Shown one piece after another: positions 25,898 to 34,787 of a stretch of 51,673 nucleotides of DNA. A program made the position numbers and the translations under genes. The stretch is from a virus (lineage: Duplodnaviria > Caudoviricetes). A model generated the notes under the pieces. That model was not told where the DNA came from, did not search any database, and saw only the letters and a program-made list of their open reading frames with translations. The number at the start of each line of letters is the position of its first letter. Position 1 is the first letter of the stretch. Location of the stretch: positions 1 to 51,673 of IMG/VR virus record IMGVR_UViG_3300026051_000003; one strand, written 5' to 3'.

Positions 25898-28206
25898 GCT
25901 ACACCGCCTTCCATCAAGTTCAGGCCAGCCCCCACCGGCATGTTATTGGCCTGCGTGCCGCCCGCCGGCACCTGGTTCTGCTGCTGCTTCAGGAGAAGCT
26001 GCTGCTGGTGCTGGCGATAGTGGTGGGCCAGCAATGCGACCTGCTGCTGTGTCAGGGCGTCGAAATCCTTGCTGTTGCGGTACTGGTCGATGACCTGCAT
26101 GTGTTTGCCATCATCGTCAATAGGGATTACCTCAACCGGCATGCCCGACAGCATAACCTTCACTTCTGTCAACTGGTCCATCGGCTGCCGCATGCCGCCC
26201 AATTGCGGGATGCTGGGAAGCAGTTTCTGGATGTCCGCGCCTTCACTGAAGTGCTGCAAGAAGTTCTCGATCAGCGCACGGCGAGCAACGGGATCGCTGG
26301 CGTACAGCGGTTCCGCGGCCAGGATCGTGTAGCGCACCTGTGCCAGCGTGCGCATGACCTCTTTGTTCGTGTTGACGGTGTTGCCCTTGAACACAAACTT
26401 GAAGCGGTTGCTGAGATCATGGGTGCGCTGGCGCTGGCGCCGCGACTTGCCGGTGACGCGCGTCCACTTCTCGTCCGAGGCGTAGTGGTCGTACAGCGCG
26501 TAAATCTGGTACATCAACTCAGCCCAACCACCCTTTTGAGCGGCCGTGATGAAGCTGTCAATCTTGGCACCGGATTCGCTCAGCAGGGCCAGTGTGCCGC
26601 GCGCTGTGCGGGGCGCGTTCCGGACCTGACTGGAGCCACCCGCCTGGGGGCTCACGCTGATGCGGTCCGCGAACAGCAGCATCGAATCCACGGCCGACAA
26701 GTTCGACAGCGGAGTCTGCGGGAACTGCGGGAAGAAAATGCCGTTCGGATCGCCAATCGGAATGCCGGTGCCGGGCTCCAGGTTTTTGAACAACTTCGGA
26801 TCGCCAGGCAGCGCACTGGGCACATAGAAGAAGATCGGGTTGTTGATGAGTTCCTGCGCATCATTCACCGCGTTGACAATCGCGTTGACCTCTACGTTGA
26901 TGGGGGCCAGAATCTGCCCCATCGACCAACTGTAGTACCGGCCGCTCACCGGGATACTGTGTAGGTCCGCGAAAGGCCGACGCTCATGCGGGAAGACTTC
27001 CGCGAGATGCTGGGCCTTCACTACCTTTTCCAGCGCGTAGGGAATCTGGTAGATGATGTCCTCAAAGATGCCGTCCTGGTCAAGATCCTCACGCGCATGA
27101 ACCTCGAACATCAGCACCTTGTCGCTGCGGTACGGCTCTAGCTTTGCCAGTTCATCCGTACTGCGCACAACCGTGTTGTTGCTGGACTGCTGGCCCGTCA
27201 CCATATCCTTCTGCCGCGACAGGTCCTTGTTGTCCGGCATCTCTTCATGCGTGTCCGCCGTGGAGCGAGACCGCAGGCGTTCCATGTCTTCGTCGTCCAG
27301 CATCCACCCGTCGTAGAGGCGGCGCTGCTCGATTTCCTCAACCGTCAGCCAGTACTGCTGGGTGACTCGTTCCGCGGACTGCAGGTCCTTAGCGCGAAAC
27401 GGCACAATCAAATCCTCGAACTCGACTAGCTCTACTTCGACGTTATCCTTGTAGGGGTACGGCCGAAAGATGTACACTTCAATGGATTCTATGTATTTGC
27501 ATGGATGGAACTCGACCAGAATGTCGCGGTACTGGATTTCACCTTCCACGAAATCAATCCGGAAAGACAGCCCCTCAAGCGGTTGCTCCTGCATCGGATC
27601 AATATCAACGTCGCCCGCATAAGCCGCCGATATATTCAAATCCGTGAACATCGCCGCAAGAATCTCAGCCGGCACCTTCATGCGTTTCTGCGGCACTGGC
27701 TGCGACGTCAAGTCAATGGCGCCGGCATGCCACATGGTGCTTGCCTGCTCGATGAATACGGTGCTGCGTTCCTCGTAATTGTAGTACGCCTTGACGGCCG
27801 CCACCCCATCGAGATGGCGGTTCCGGAACCACGACTCCATCGTCTGGTACAGATTCGGGATGTCGAAGTCGATTGCCCAGTTCACCATGCGTTCCGAGGC
27901 GGCGGTTTCCTCTTCGTCGTATTCCACCGGCACACGTTGCGCGTGGGTGTGCGGGTCCACCGACCAGAACGCCCCCATCTCTTTCGGGACGAAGGTTTCG
28001 ATTTTCTCTGCCAGCACCGGCAAATGAATGTTCGACTGACCGTCGTACCGCAGCTTGCGTTTGCGCAACCCGAAATACAGGTTTCGGATGTAGTTGCGCA
28101 ACTTCATTGCGGGCGCACGATCCTGCACGTCCTGCTCGATGAGGCGCACAAAGATGCGGCCCTTTTCGGCTGCTTCGTCTGGCGTAAAGATGATTGTGCT
28201 GGCCAT
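25894..28206 (-). CDS. portal protein
   Basis: 770 aa after terL, SNIHLP, RPF..L...P..G.YY, TARG..AL, Gln-rich tail. Confidence 0.88.
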   Translation of the reverse strand: MASTIIFTPDEAAEKGRIFVRLIEQDVQDRAPAMKLRNYIRNLYFGLRKRKLRYDGQSNIHLPVLAEKIETFVPKEMGAFWSVDPHTHAQRVPVEYDEEETAASERMVNWAIDFDIPNLYQTMESWFRNRHLDGVAAVKAYYNYEERSTVFIEQASTMWHAGAIDLTSQPVPQKRMKVPAEILAAMFTDLNISAAYAGDVDIDPMQEQPLEGLSFRIDFVEGEIQYRDILVEFHPCKYIESIEVYIFRPYPYKDNVEVELVEFEDLIVPFRAKDLQSAERVTQQYWLTVEEIEQRRLYDGWMLDDEDMERLRSRSTADTHEEMPDNKDLSRQKDMVTGQQSSNNTVVRSTDELAKLEPYRSDKVLMFEVHAREDLDQDGIFEDIIYQIPYALEKVVKAQHLAEVFPHERRPFADLHSIPVSGRYYSWSMGQILAPINVEVNAIVNAVNDAQELINNPIFFYVPSALPGDPKLFKNLEPGTGIPIGDPNGIFFPQFPQTPLSNLSAVDSMLLFADRISVSPQAGGSSQVRNAPRTARGTLALLSESGAKIDSFITAAQKGGWAELMYQIYALYDHYASDEKWTRVTGKSRRQRQRTHDLSNRFKFVFKGNTVNTNKEVMRTLAQVRYTILAAEPLYASDPVARRALIENFLQHFSEGADIQKLLPSIPQLGGMRQPMDQLTEVKVMLSGMPVEVIPIDDDGKHMQVIDQYRNSKDFDALTQQQVALLAHHYRQHQQQLLLKQQQNQVPAGGTQANNMPVGAGLNLMEGGVA

Positions 28207-28209
28207 AGA

Positions 28210-28575
28210 TTAGTCCGTGACTACGAATTCGACAGTGGCTTCATTGCCGGTGTCGGTATTCTTGAAATAAAGCCCGGTGACGTTCGCGCCCGACATAGCG
28301 AGTGCGTCGCCGTACACCTGCTGGGCCGTGGTGTTCACCGCGATGTATATGGGGCGGTCCGACACGACAAGCATGTGAGTGCCGGGCGTGCTGGAGCCAA
28401 TGTCGCCAAGCGATGCCTGCTGGAACGCCGACATGTTGGTCGCAAGCACGACACGATCCGCGGCATGCACGGTGTACGATTCAGCCGTTGAGCTAAAGTT
28501 CTGCTCGTACAGCTTCTGGTTATTCCGGGTAAGCAAAAGCCGAACTCTCTGTTCGACTTCCATCGTATCGGCCAA
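28210..28575 (-). CDS. small beta-sandwich structural protein
   Basis: AGGAG SD; similar to C-terminus of 17117-19090 protein. Confidence 0.7.
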   Translation of the reverse strand: MADTMEVEQRVRLLLTRNNQKLYEQNFSSTAESYTVHAADRVVLATNMSAFQQASLGDIGSSTPGTHMLVVSDRPIYIAVNTTAQQVYGDALAMSGANVTGLYFKNTDTGNEATVEFVVTD

Positions 28576-30091
28576 TGTAATCTCCTGTATGCATGTTGAG
28601 GCCCCGGAAGTCGTCCAACGGGTCGCTGGCCTCCTGGCGGGCGGATTCGCGTTTCAACTGCGTGTATGTCATGCCGGACTGGAACAGGTAGCGGATGCAT
28701 GCGATGAAGTCATCGTCGGACTTCCGCACTTCCTGGCGCTCACCCTTGATGTCGCGGTCCTTCGATGTCTTCCAGTCATCCCACACGAAGCGCATGAAGT
28801 TCTTCTTCACGTTCGGGCAGGTGTTGAATACGATCAAGCCCGGCTCACTCCAGTCATTCCGGAGTTTCAGGGCTTCGTGGATGCTGTCGATGCCGGCTTC
28901 AATATTGTACTTGGCGGCGGGCAGTGTCCAGATGCCGCACTCCGCAAACATCTGGCGCACCGACTTGCCACTCGTGCGCTCGTTCTGGTGGGAGGCGGGA
29001 TCGATCAGGCGCATGCCGATGATCTCGTCTTTTTCCAGTTCCTTGATTTTCGCGCTGACGTCGGCGATGGTGCGCAGATTCTCGTCGAACAGTTCCCGGT
29101 AGATATACTTCTGGTTGTCCGGCGTGATGGCGAACCACGTCACGGCCACCGGCTTGCGGGGGTGCGGGTCGATGATACACACGCGCGGCCAGGTTTGCGG
29201 CACCTTGAAGGGCTCAATCCAGTACGGGGCTTCTGGCTTCCACTCCTTGAACACCCGGCCCGTCAAGTGCCCCCACTCGCCCCCGATGCGCATGGCGCGC
29301 TCATCGTCGCGCAGATCATCGACAAATGACTTGATGGCCTCATCCGACAAGTACCCGCCAACTTCGGTGCGGTTTTCCTCAATGCGGAAACGGTACATCT
29401 TGACTTCACCATCCGGATCGTTTGCACGTTCCGCGATGATGTCCGCAATCCACGGCTGGGTCAGGGGAGTCAGAGTCATCCAGCAATGCCCATTGAAGTC
29501 CACGAGACCTCGCCGCAATGCCACGAACTTCTTGTATCCGATGGGTTCGTCCACCCAGAACCAATGTCCGCGCGTACCTTCGAACGACAGATCGTCCTGC
29601 GAATCCGCCATCAGGTACCACACCGACCCATTCTTCCACTTCACTTCAATCGGAATGCCTTGATTCGAGGTACGAATCGTGTAGAACCCTGCCGGCGCCC
29701 ATTCCCGGATTTTCTCCCAGATGTTCTGCTTGATGGCTTGCGGGAAGTCCTGAGCGATGACGCGGCCCACATTTGGCACCGGAATCGGCTTACCGTTCGG
29801 CAACCGCACGATGCGATCCGGATGATCTGGGTCCAGCCACGGCCGGTAGCCTAGACTGTGCGCTACTGCCTCGACCACGCCGCAAACGGATTTCCCGCCG
29901 CGGTTGTCGCCTATTGCCAAACGGATGCTGGCAGTGCTATCCTGGAAAAATTTCTTCTGGCCGGGCGATGCTGGGTTCGGCCTGAAATGCACAATCTTCT
30001 GGGTGCGGTACGATGCCTCCAGCGCCATCAGGTGCTTGTAGAGTTCCTGCAGATGCTCCTGAGCTTCGAGGCCGGCGCTTATGTGTGACAA
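28520..30091 (-). CDS. terL: terminase large subunit
   Basis: GDNRGGKS Walker A, WVDE Walker B, TLTP coupling motif, IIDP and DD..ACIRY nuclease motifs. Confidence 0.92.
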   Translation of the reverse strand: MSHISAGLEAQEHLQELYKHLMALEASYRTQKIVHFRPNPASPGQKKFFQDSTASIRLAIGDNRGGKSVCGVVEAVAHSLGYRPWLDPDHPDRIVRLPNGKPIPVPNVGRVIAQDFPQAIKQNIWEKIREWAPAGFYTIRTSNQGIPIEVKWKNGSVWYLMADSQDDLSFEGTRGHWFWVDEPIGYKKFVALRRGLVDFNGHCWMTLTPLTQPWIADIIAERANDPDGEVKMYRFRIEENRTEVGGYLSDEAIKSFVDDLRDDERAMRIGGEWGHLTGRVFKEWKPEAPYWIEPFKVPQTWPRVCIIDPHPRKPVAVTWFAITPDNQKYIYRELFDENLRTIADVSAKIKELEKDEIIGMRLIDPASHQNERTSGKSVRQMFAECGIWTLPAAKYNIEAGIDSIHEALKLRNDWSEPGLIVFNTCPNVKKNFMRFVWDDWKTSKDRDIKGERQEVRKSDDDFIACIRYLFQSGMTYTQLKRESARQEASDPLDDFRGLNMHTGDYIGRYDGSRTESSAFAYPE

Positions 30092-30315
30092 AGCAATTCC
30101 TCAACTGCAAGCGTATCCAGGTCCTCGCGCGGCACCGACAACGGCATCACGCAGATATTCGGCGTAATGTCTCGCGGGAAGCAATGGTCAGCGATAGCCT
30201 TCATCTCGTCCAGGAGCCACAAACCGAATGCGGTTGCATCCCCGTCCCCGGCCTGCCAGACCGCGGTAAAGCCAGTCTGGTTCTCGTAGATCAAGATTAT
30301 GCGTGTTTTAGGCAT
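30079..30315 (-). CDS. hypothetical protein
   Basis: Fills the terS-terL gap with overlaps at both ends. Confidence 0.55.
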   Translation of the reverse strand: MPKTRIILIYENQTGFTAVWQAGDGDATAFGLWLLDEMKAIADHCFPRDITPNICVMPLSVPREDLDTLAVEELLCHT

Positions 30316-30934
30316 CGAAGTTATCAAAATCGATAACATCCGGCGCCTGATCTGCAACTGCACCCAGGGCTGCGGATTCTGCGATGACTTCCTCAGTGCG
30401 CTGCACCAAGTCCTTGTTGTCGTCCGCAAACCGGATATGGAGCATCTTCAGTTCCTGTAGTTTGCCCGTCACGGCATTCTGGAGTCCCTCGATGTCGGCC
30501 GGCATCAGTAACTGGCCACTGCTGTGGTCCGCGGACAGAGCTTTCTCGTACTGCTGCACCACATTCGCCTTGTCCGTGATGATGCCGAACGCAGTCGCCT
30601 TCTGCACCAGGTTCGGGCCATAGTACTGGTAGCCTGCTAGTTTCCCGTCTTTGTCGTACTTCGGGATGCGCCCGGACTCAATGTCTTCCGGGGTGATGCT
30701 GTCAAGCAGATCCTCAGCTTTGATGTGGATGCGGGCTGCCAACGTGGCGGCAGCTTTGGCGCGGGCATCCTGTAGAGCGGATTCACTATTCTGGGCCTCC
30801 AGGAGAATGCGCTTCACGGTCGGGCGCGACCATTCGGTGCGCCGCGTGGTTTCCGCAATTGTGCCGGTCGCAGCATAGGTCTGCAGCACGATTTCCTTAT
30901 CGACCGGAGTTGGCTTGACGCCGCGTCTACCCAC
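30308..30934 (-). CDS. terminase small subunit (N-terminal HTH)
   Basis: GTIAETTRRTEWSRPTVKRIL HTH, FGIITDK; upstream of terL. Confidence 0.7.
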   Translation of the reverse strand: MGRRGVKPTPVDKEIVLQTYAATGTIAETTRRTEWSRPTVKRILLEAQNSESALQDARAKAAATLAARIHIKAEDLLDSITPEDIESGRIPKYDKDGKLAGYQYYGPNLVQKATAFGIITDKANVVQQYEKALSADHSSGQLLMPADIEGLQNAVTGKLQELKMLHIRFADDNKDLVQRTEEVIAESAALGAVADQAPDVIDFDNFDA

Positions 30935-31148
30935 TGGTGGAATCCTCCACGACAATCAGGTCCGGCGCGAAATCGGCCCGGCACTGCTCTTCGGCTTTCT
31001 GGGCCAGCACCTTCGCTGTCACGTTCTCCACGACGGCCCGCACCCATTCCGCGGACTGAATCTTCGCCGGCACGTTGCCTAGTGATTTGTAGTACGCCAG
31101 CACTTCCTCGATCCGCGCTGCCTGCTTTTCCGTGAAATCAATCTGCAT
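30927..31148 (-). CDS. hypothetical protein
   Basis: GGGGG SD; follows fibre gene. Confidence 0.65.
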   Translation of the reverse strand: MQIDFTEKQAARIEEVLAYYKSLGNVPAKIQSAEWVRAVVENVTAKVLAQKAEEQCRADFAPDLIVVEDSTSG

Positions 31149-31160
31149 GATACCCCCTGC

Positions 31161-32846
31161 TTAGGTTGTGGTTCCGTCCGGCAGAATCCAGTTCGTGCCG
31201 TCGTCGATGTTGAGATTCGCATCCGTCGTGTTGAAAATCACGCGGCCTGCGGTGCCGGCGGCCGGCCTGCTGCCATCCGCGTAGACTCCGATGGTCAGCA
31301 TCTTTGTTGCGGCCATCGTGACGTCGCCATCCGCGAAGATGGTATTGTCCACTTCCAGAAACTTCTCGATGTAGACGCTGCCGTCATCCGTGCCGGGCGT
31401 GATGTGGGTCGTCGTTGCGGCGTCCTGCAGCCCGGTACTGGTGTAGAAATAGGACACGCCATCGCTAAAATGGTTGTTACCTTGCTCGCACACGAAGGCA
31501 AATTGCTTCACCCCGGTAGTGAACGGGGCGGCCAGGACACCAACAGCACGACCGCTTGTTGACTGCCCAAACCCGTAAACGCCGACCGCATTTGTGCCGG
31601 TGCCGGCCGATGTATTCTGGCCGTACCCCTCGTAGCCGTAGGAGGTTCCAGTGCTGGCATTCACTGCCTTTGTGAAGGCGCCGTAGATCGCACCTACTGT
31701 GCTGCTGATAAGCGACTGGTTGATCCCGGTATTTGCACTCTGCAGGGCTACTAACGTCTGCCCATCCGTTGCAAGTTGACCAGCCCATGAACTCGTAGCT
31801 GCTGGTGCGTTCGGAATGGATATGGTAGAGTGGTAACCATATACCGTTGCACTGAGCACGACACCGCTATTCACCAAATCGATATCCAGATCGGCGCCGT
31901 AGACAGTCGGCGATGCCACAAAAGTCGCGGCATTCGTGTAGTCGAAATCGATGTTCAGGCCGCGGTAAACGGAGCCGATGTCGTTCGCGGCAGTCGTGAT
32001 GGCGAACTGGGATAGGATATTGTCCTTGGCACCGGCAGCCGTTGTGGAGGCTTTGAACTTGCTGTTGGTAATCAGGTGGGTGCCGGCGTCCCAGTCCGCC
32101 GTCAGGTTCTTAGAGCCGTCCCGGAAAAGAATGCCGTTGAAAGCGTTGGAGCCGAGGTTGCTCCACTTGCCGGACGTGCCGTTGTAGACGACCATATCGC
32201 CCTGCACCGGGGTATAGTCGCCCTGGGAATCGGAATGCTGGAAGAACTTCTCGCGGCCCGTTGCCCAGGTGGACCCGTTGTAGATAATTCGGTCGAAGGT
32301 GGCAGGGCTGGCAGCGCTGACGTTGCTCAGGTTGTTGAGGGTGATCGCCGGCAAATCCGCGAACACGATGGCAGCATTCGTCCACGCCGTCCCGTTGCCC
32401 CGCAGGAAATGCGCACTGGTCGGCACCGCGGCATCCGCTACGTCCGACAAGTCCGGCAAAGCCAATGGGCCGTTCACCCACGCGGCACCGTCGTACTGGA
32501 CTACATCCAGGGCAGCCGGTGCCGTGATTGCGACGTCATCTAGGTCGTCGAGGTCCTTGGATACCAGGTCCACGAGGTCGGCTGTCTGGGCAGTCCAGCC
32601 CTCAATGCCGGCGTCGTAGCGCAGGAAATCCCCATCGGCCGGCGTCGTGATGCTCACGTCCGTGTGGTCCGGCAGAGCATGGGTTTCGATGGATGTGACG
32701 AAATTGGTGAGGGAGTCCGCGATGCGCCGGAGTTTGCTGGTCGTGGTCGTGTCACGGGCTAAGGCTCCGGGGTCGATTCCGGCTTTGGATTCGAGATTTC
32801 GGGCGATGGATTCAAGTTGAGCGATGTCGGTAGCGTCGTAGGACAA
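31161..32846 (-). CDS. fibre protein with L.DL.DV...P...L.Y.G..W repeats
   Basis: About five tandem fibre repeats, then Gly/Tyr-rich beta region. Confidence 0.75.
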   Translation of the reverse strand: MSYDATDIAQLESIARNLESKAGIDPGALARDTTTTSKLRRIADSLTNFVTSIETHALPDHTDVSITTPADGDFLRYDAGIEGWTAQTADLVDLVSKDLDDLDDVAITAPAALDVVQYDGAAWVNGPLALPDLSDVADAAVPTSAHFLRGNGTAWTNAAIVFADLPAITLNNLSNVSAASPATFDRIIYNGSTWATGREKFFQHSDSQGDYTPVQGDMVVYNGTSGKWSNLGSNAFNGILFRDGSKNLTADWDAGTHLITNSKFKASTTAAGAKDNILSQFAITTAANDIGSVYRGLNIDFDYTNAATFVASPTVYGADLDIDLVNSGVVLSATVYGYHSTISIPNAPAATSSWAGQLATDGQTLVALQSANTGINQSLISSTVGAIYGAFTKAVNASTGTSYGYEGYGQNTSAGTGTNAVGVYGFGQSTSGRAVGVLAAPFTTGVKQFAFVCEQGNNHFSDGVSYFYTSTGLQDAATTTHITPGTDDGSVYIEKFLEVDNTIFADGDVTMAATKMLTIGVYADGSRPAAGTAGRVIFNTTDANLNIDDGTNWILPDGTTT

Positions 32847-33141
32847 TTAGACTCCCCGGTGGTTGAAGATACCCAGTACGGCGGGTACAGGTAGAAATAA
32901 GTCCACAGACGTCCACAGCACGGACAAACTGGTTGTGTGAATGGTGCGTACGGCCAGCCGTATGAAGGGTCGCCTGTTGACGTGTATGGCATTTTGCACT
33001 CCTGCTGCGGTATTTTGCGAATATCGAGGCTAACTGGTTGCCGAGGAAAGCATTTAGTGTTTTTGGGGCTTCCTGGCGTGGAGCTTCGCCCTTGCATTCT
33101 GCACGATATCGTGGCGTTTTGCGCCAAATCGGGAAAGGGAG

Positions 33142-33157
33142 GCAAGTTCTGTGCCAA
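33142..33157 (-). promoter_or_regulatory. sigma54-type -24/-12 promoter, late operon
   Basis: TTGGCACAGAACTTGC (GG-N10-GC) on minus strand. Confidence 0.65.
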
Positions 33158-33260
33158 TTCGTCGGTAAATCTGCGGCATTGCCGACGTTTTGGAACATTT
33201 TCGCCAATTTCGCGGATTTCAGCGAATGTTGAAAGCCCCAGTACCCAAAATATACCCATA

Positions 33261-33374
33261 GGCCCTAGAACTTCCATATCTCAACGCTAAGGCATTTTGG
33301 GTTGTTTTGCTCCCCGGTGTAGCCCTTCGGCATCAAAGTGGCTTAGCGTTGAAATTTGGGGCCTTCTAGGGGCC
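33261..33374. repeat. imperfect palindromic ~100-bp element, copy A
   Basis: TCAACGCTAAG/CTTAGCGTTGA inverted repeat; similar to 40223-40328. Confidence 0.65.
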
Positions 33375-33635
33375 TTCACGAAACGGGACGAGTTGACTTT
33401 CGCCCTGGCCGGCATGATTTGGCCCCACCCCACCCCGCGGCGCGCGGCAAGTTGTTGTGCGACAGGCAGTTAGGGGGCATGGGGCATGCCGACTTGGGGC
33501 TAAGCGGTTGGCATCACGCAATTTAACCCAGAAAAGGCCCTTTTTTGTTGCGGCGCGGTTCACGTGGTAGCCTTAGTTGGCCGGTTCGCAGTCCCCTGGG
33601 CCCCCTGGGGGCACACTTCAATAAATTAGCAGGCC

Positions 33636-34142
33636 TGCCCCATGACGCTTAGCCACATGACGCTTAGCACCTGGCGCCCAGCACCATGCACCATGACTGC
33701 TAAGGGCCTAGGCTATGGGTTAGCAGGCCAGGGGGCATGAGGCCAGGGGCATGAGGCCAAGGGTATGGGGCCTAAGTGTAACTTATAAGCCTGTAAGCCT
33801 GTAAGCTTAGATACTGCTTGCCTGTATGCCTTTTGGGGTAGGCCCCTAACATGTAAGCAATGCTTACCTGTTAGATTGCGTGATTGCATGCTTGCGTAAT
33901 GCATACCTGCATACCTGTATACTACATACTGTTAGCCTGTTAGCAACATGAATGCACAGCGACATGGGAGCAAGAGGCTTACCTAGATACCTTAGCCTCT
34001 GGCGTTTTACAACTAGCTTAGTTACGAGGAGGGCACCTTGACCTATCGGTCCTGTGCCATTCTCGACGGCGCCATGGCCCATTGTGCCGCACCATGGCGC
34101 ATGCGACCCTGCGCACATGCTGGCATGATCCATGCACCATGC
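33636..34142. repeat. non-coding tract of short tandem repeats
   Basis: CATGACGCTTAGC x2, GGGGCATGAGGCCA x2, TAAGCCTG x2-3, GCATACCT x2, CTGTTAGC x2, many CATG. Confidence 0.75.
34120..34136 (+). promoter_or_regulatory. sigma54-type -24/-12 promoter, early operon
   Basis: CTGGCATGATCCATGCA (GG-N10-GC), 40 bp before first early ATG. Confidence 0.55.
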
Positions 34143-34175
34143 CGGGCAGAACCTTAACCGAATGGAGTAAGCGTC

Positions 34176-34370
34176 ATGACCATCAAAAAAGGCTTATCAC
34201 CCTCTAACAGGATAGCAATGGCGCGGGAAATATGGTACTTGCGCACCGGATATAAAGCCATGTGCCCGATGCTTTCACCCAAGGATCGGAATCATCTAGT
34301 AAGGCAAGATGCAATCTGCATGTTGCAGTCCGGCAAGAATTGGCTATATGGGAAAATTCTGCCGTTCTGA
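34176..34370 (+). CDS. hypothetical early protein
   Basis: GGAG SD. Confidence 0.65.
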   Translation: MTIKKGLSPSNRIAMAREIWYLRTGYKAMCPMLSPKDRNHLVRQDAICMLQSGKNWLYGKILPF

Positions 34371-34389
34371 CCAACAAGGAGTAAGCACC

Positions 34390-34647
34390 ATGACCAAGTA
34401 CACAAAAGACGATTGCGGATGTTACGTAGACGGCGCCAAGGGCATATACGCGGGCCTTGCAATCCAGGGCATCGCCACCGCTTACGGGTGGATTGGCGAT
34501 CACGCTAACCCCACCGACGAAGAGTACTTCGACGCCGAAGATGAAGCAACAGACTACATGCAAACCCACTACTCCGTTGATGGCTGTTATTGGGGCCGGA
34601 ACGATAATGGCGATTGGGGTTTGTGGAAAATCGACGAACAGGAGTAA
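34390..34647 (+). CDS. small acidic early protein
   Basis: AAGGAG SD; Asp/Glu-rich. Confidence 0.75.
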   Translation: MTKYTKDDCGCYVDGAKGIYAGLAIQGIATAYGWIGDHANPTDEEYFDAEDEATDYMQTHYSVDGCYWGRNDNGDWGLWKIDEQE

Positions 34648-34652
34648 CCGCC

Positions 34653-34775
34653 ATGACCATCAAGACCACTATCCGCCTCATTGCCGGCGCCTTCGGTCTC
34701 CGGCGCCAGTTGCCGCGCCGGACCGATTCACTTGGCGTTGCCCTTGTCGCCATTGGCCTGGAATTAGGGCTTTAG
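34653..34775 (+). CDS. 40-aa hypothetical protein
   Basis: AGGAG SD, same initiation cassette as neighbours. Confidence 0.5.
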   Translation: MTIKTTIRLIAGAFGLRRQLPRRTDSLGVALVAIGLELGL

Positions 34776-34787
34776 GAGAAAACCACC

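Noticed and set aside
11784-32846. Diversity-generating retroelement acting on fibres
   Set aside because: No reverse transcriptase and no TR/VR pair noticed
32759-33290. ORFs across the late promoter region
   Set aside because: They overlap promoter and repeat elements and lack motifs; only a short ORF from about 32992 has an SD and it remains unsupported
33600-34160. CRISPR array
   Set aside because: Repeats are short, heterogeneous and lack regular spacers; the Cas4-like gene sits in an ordinary replication context
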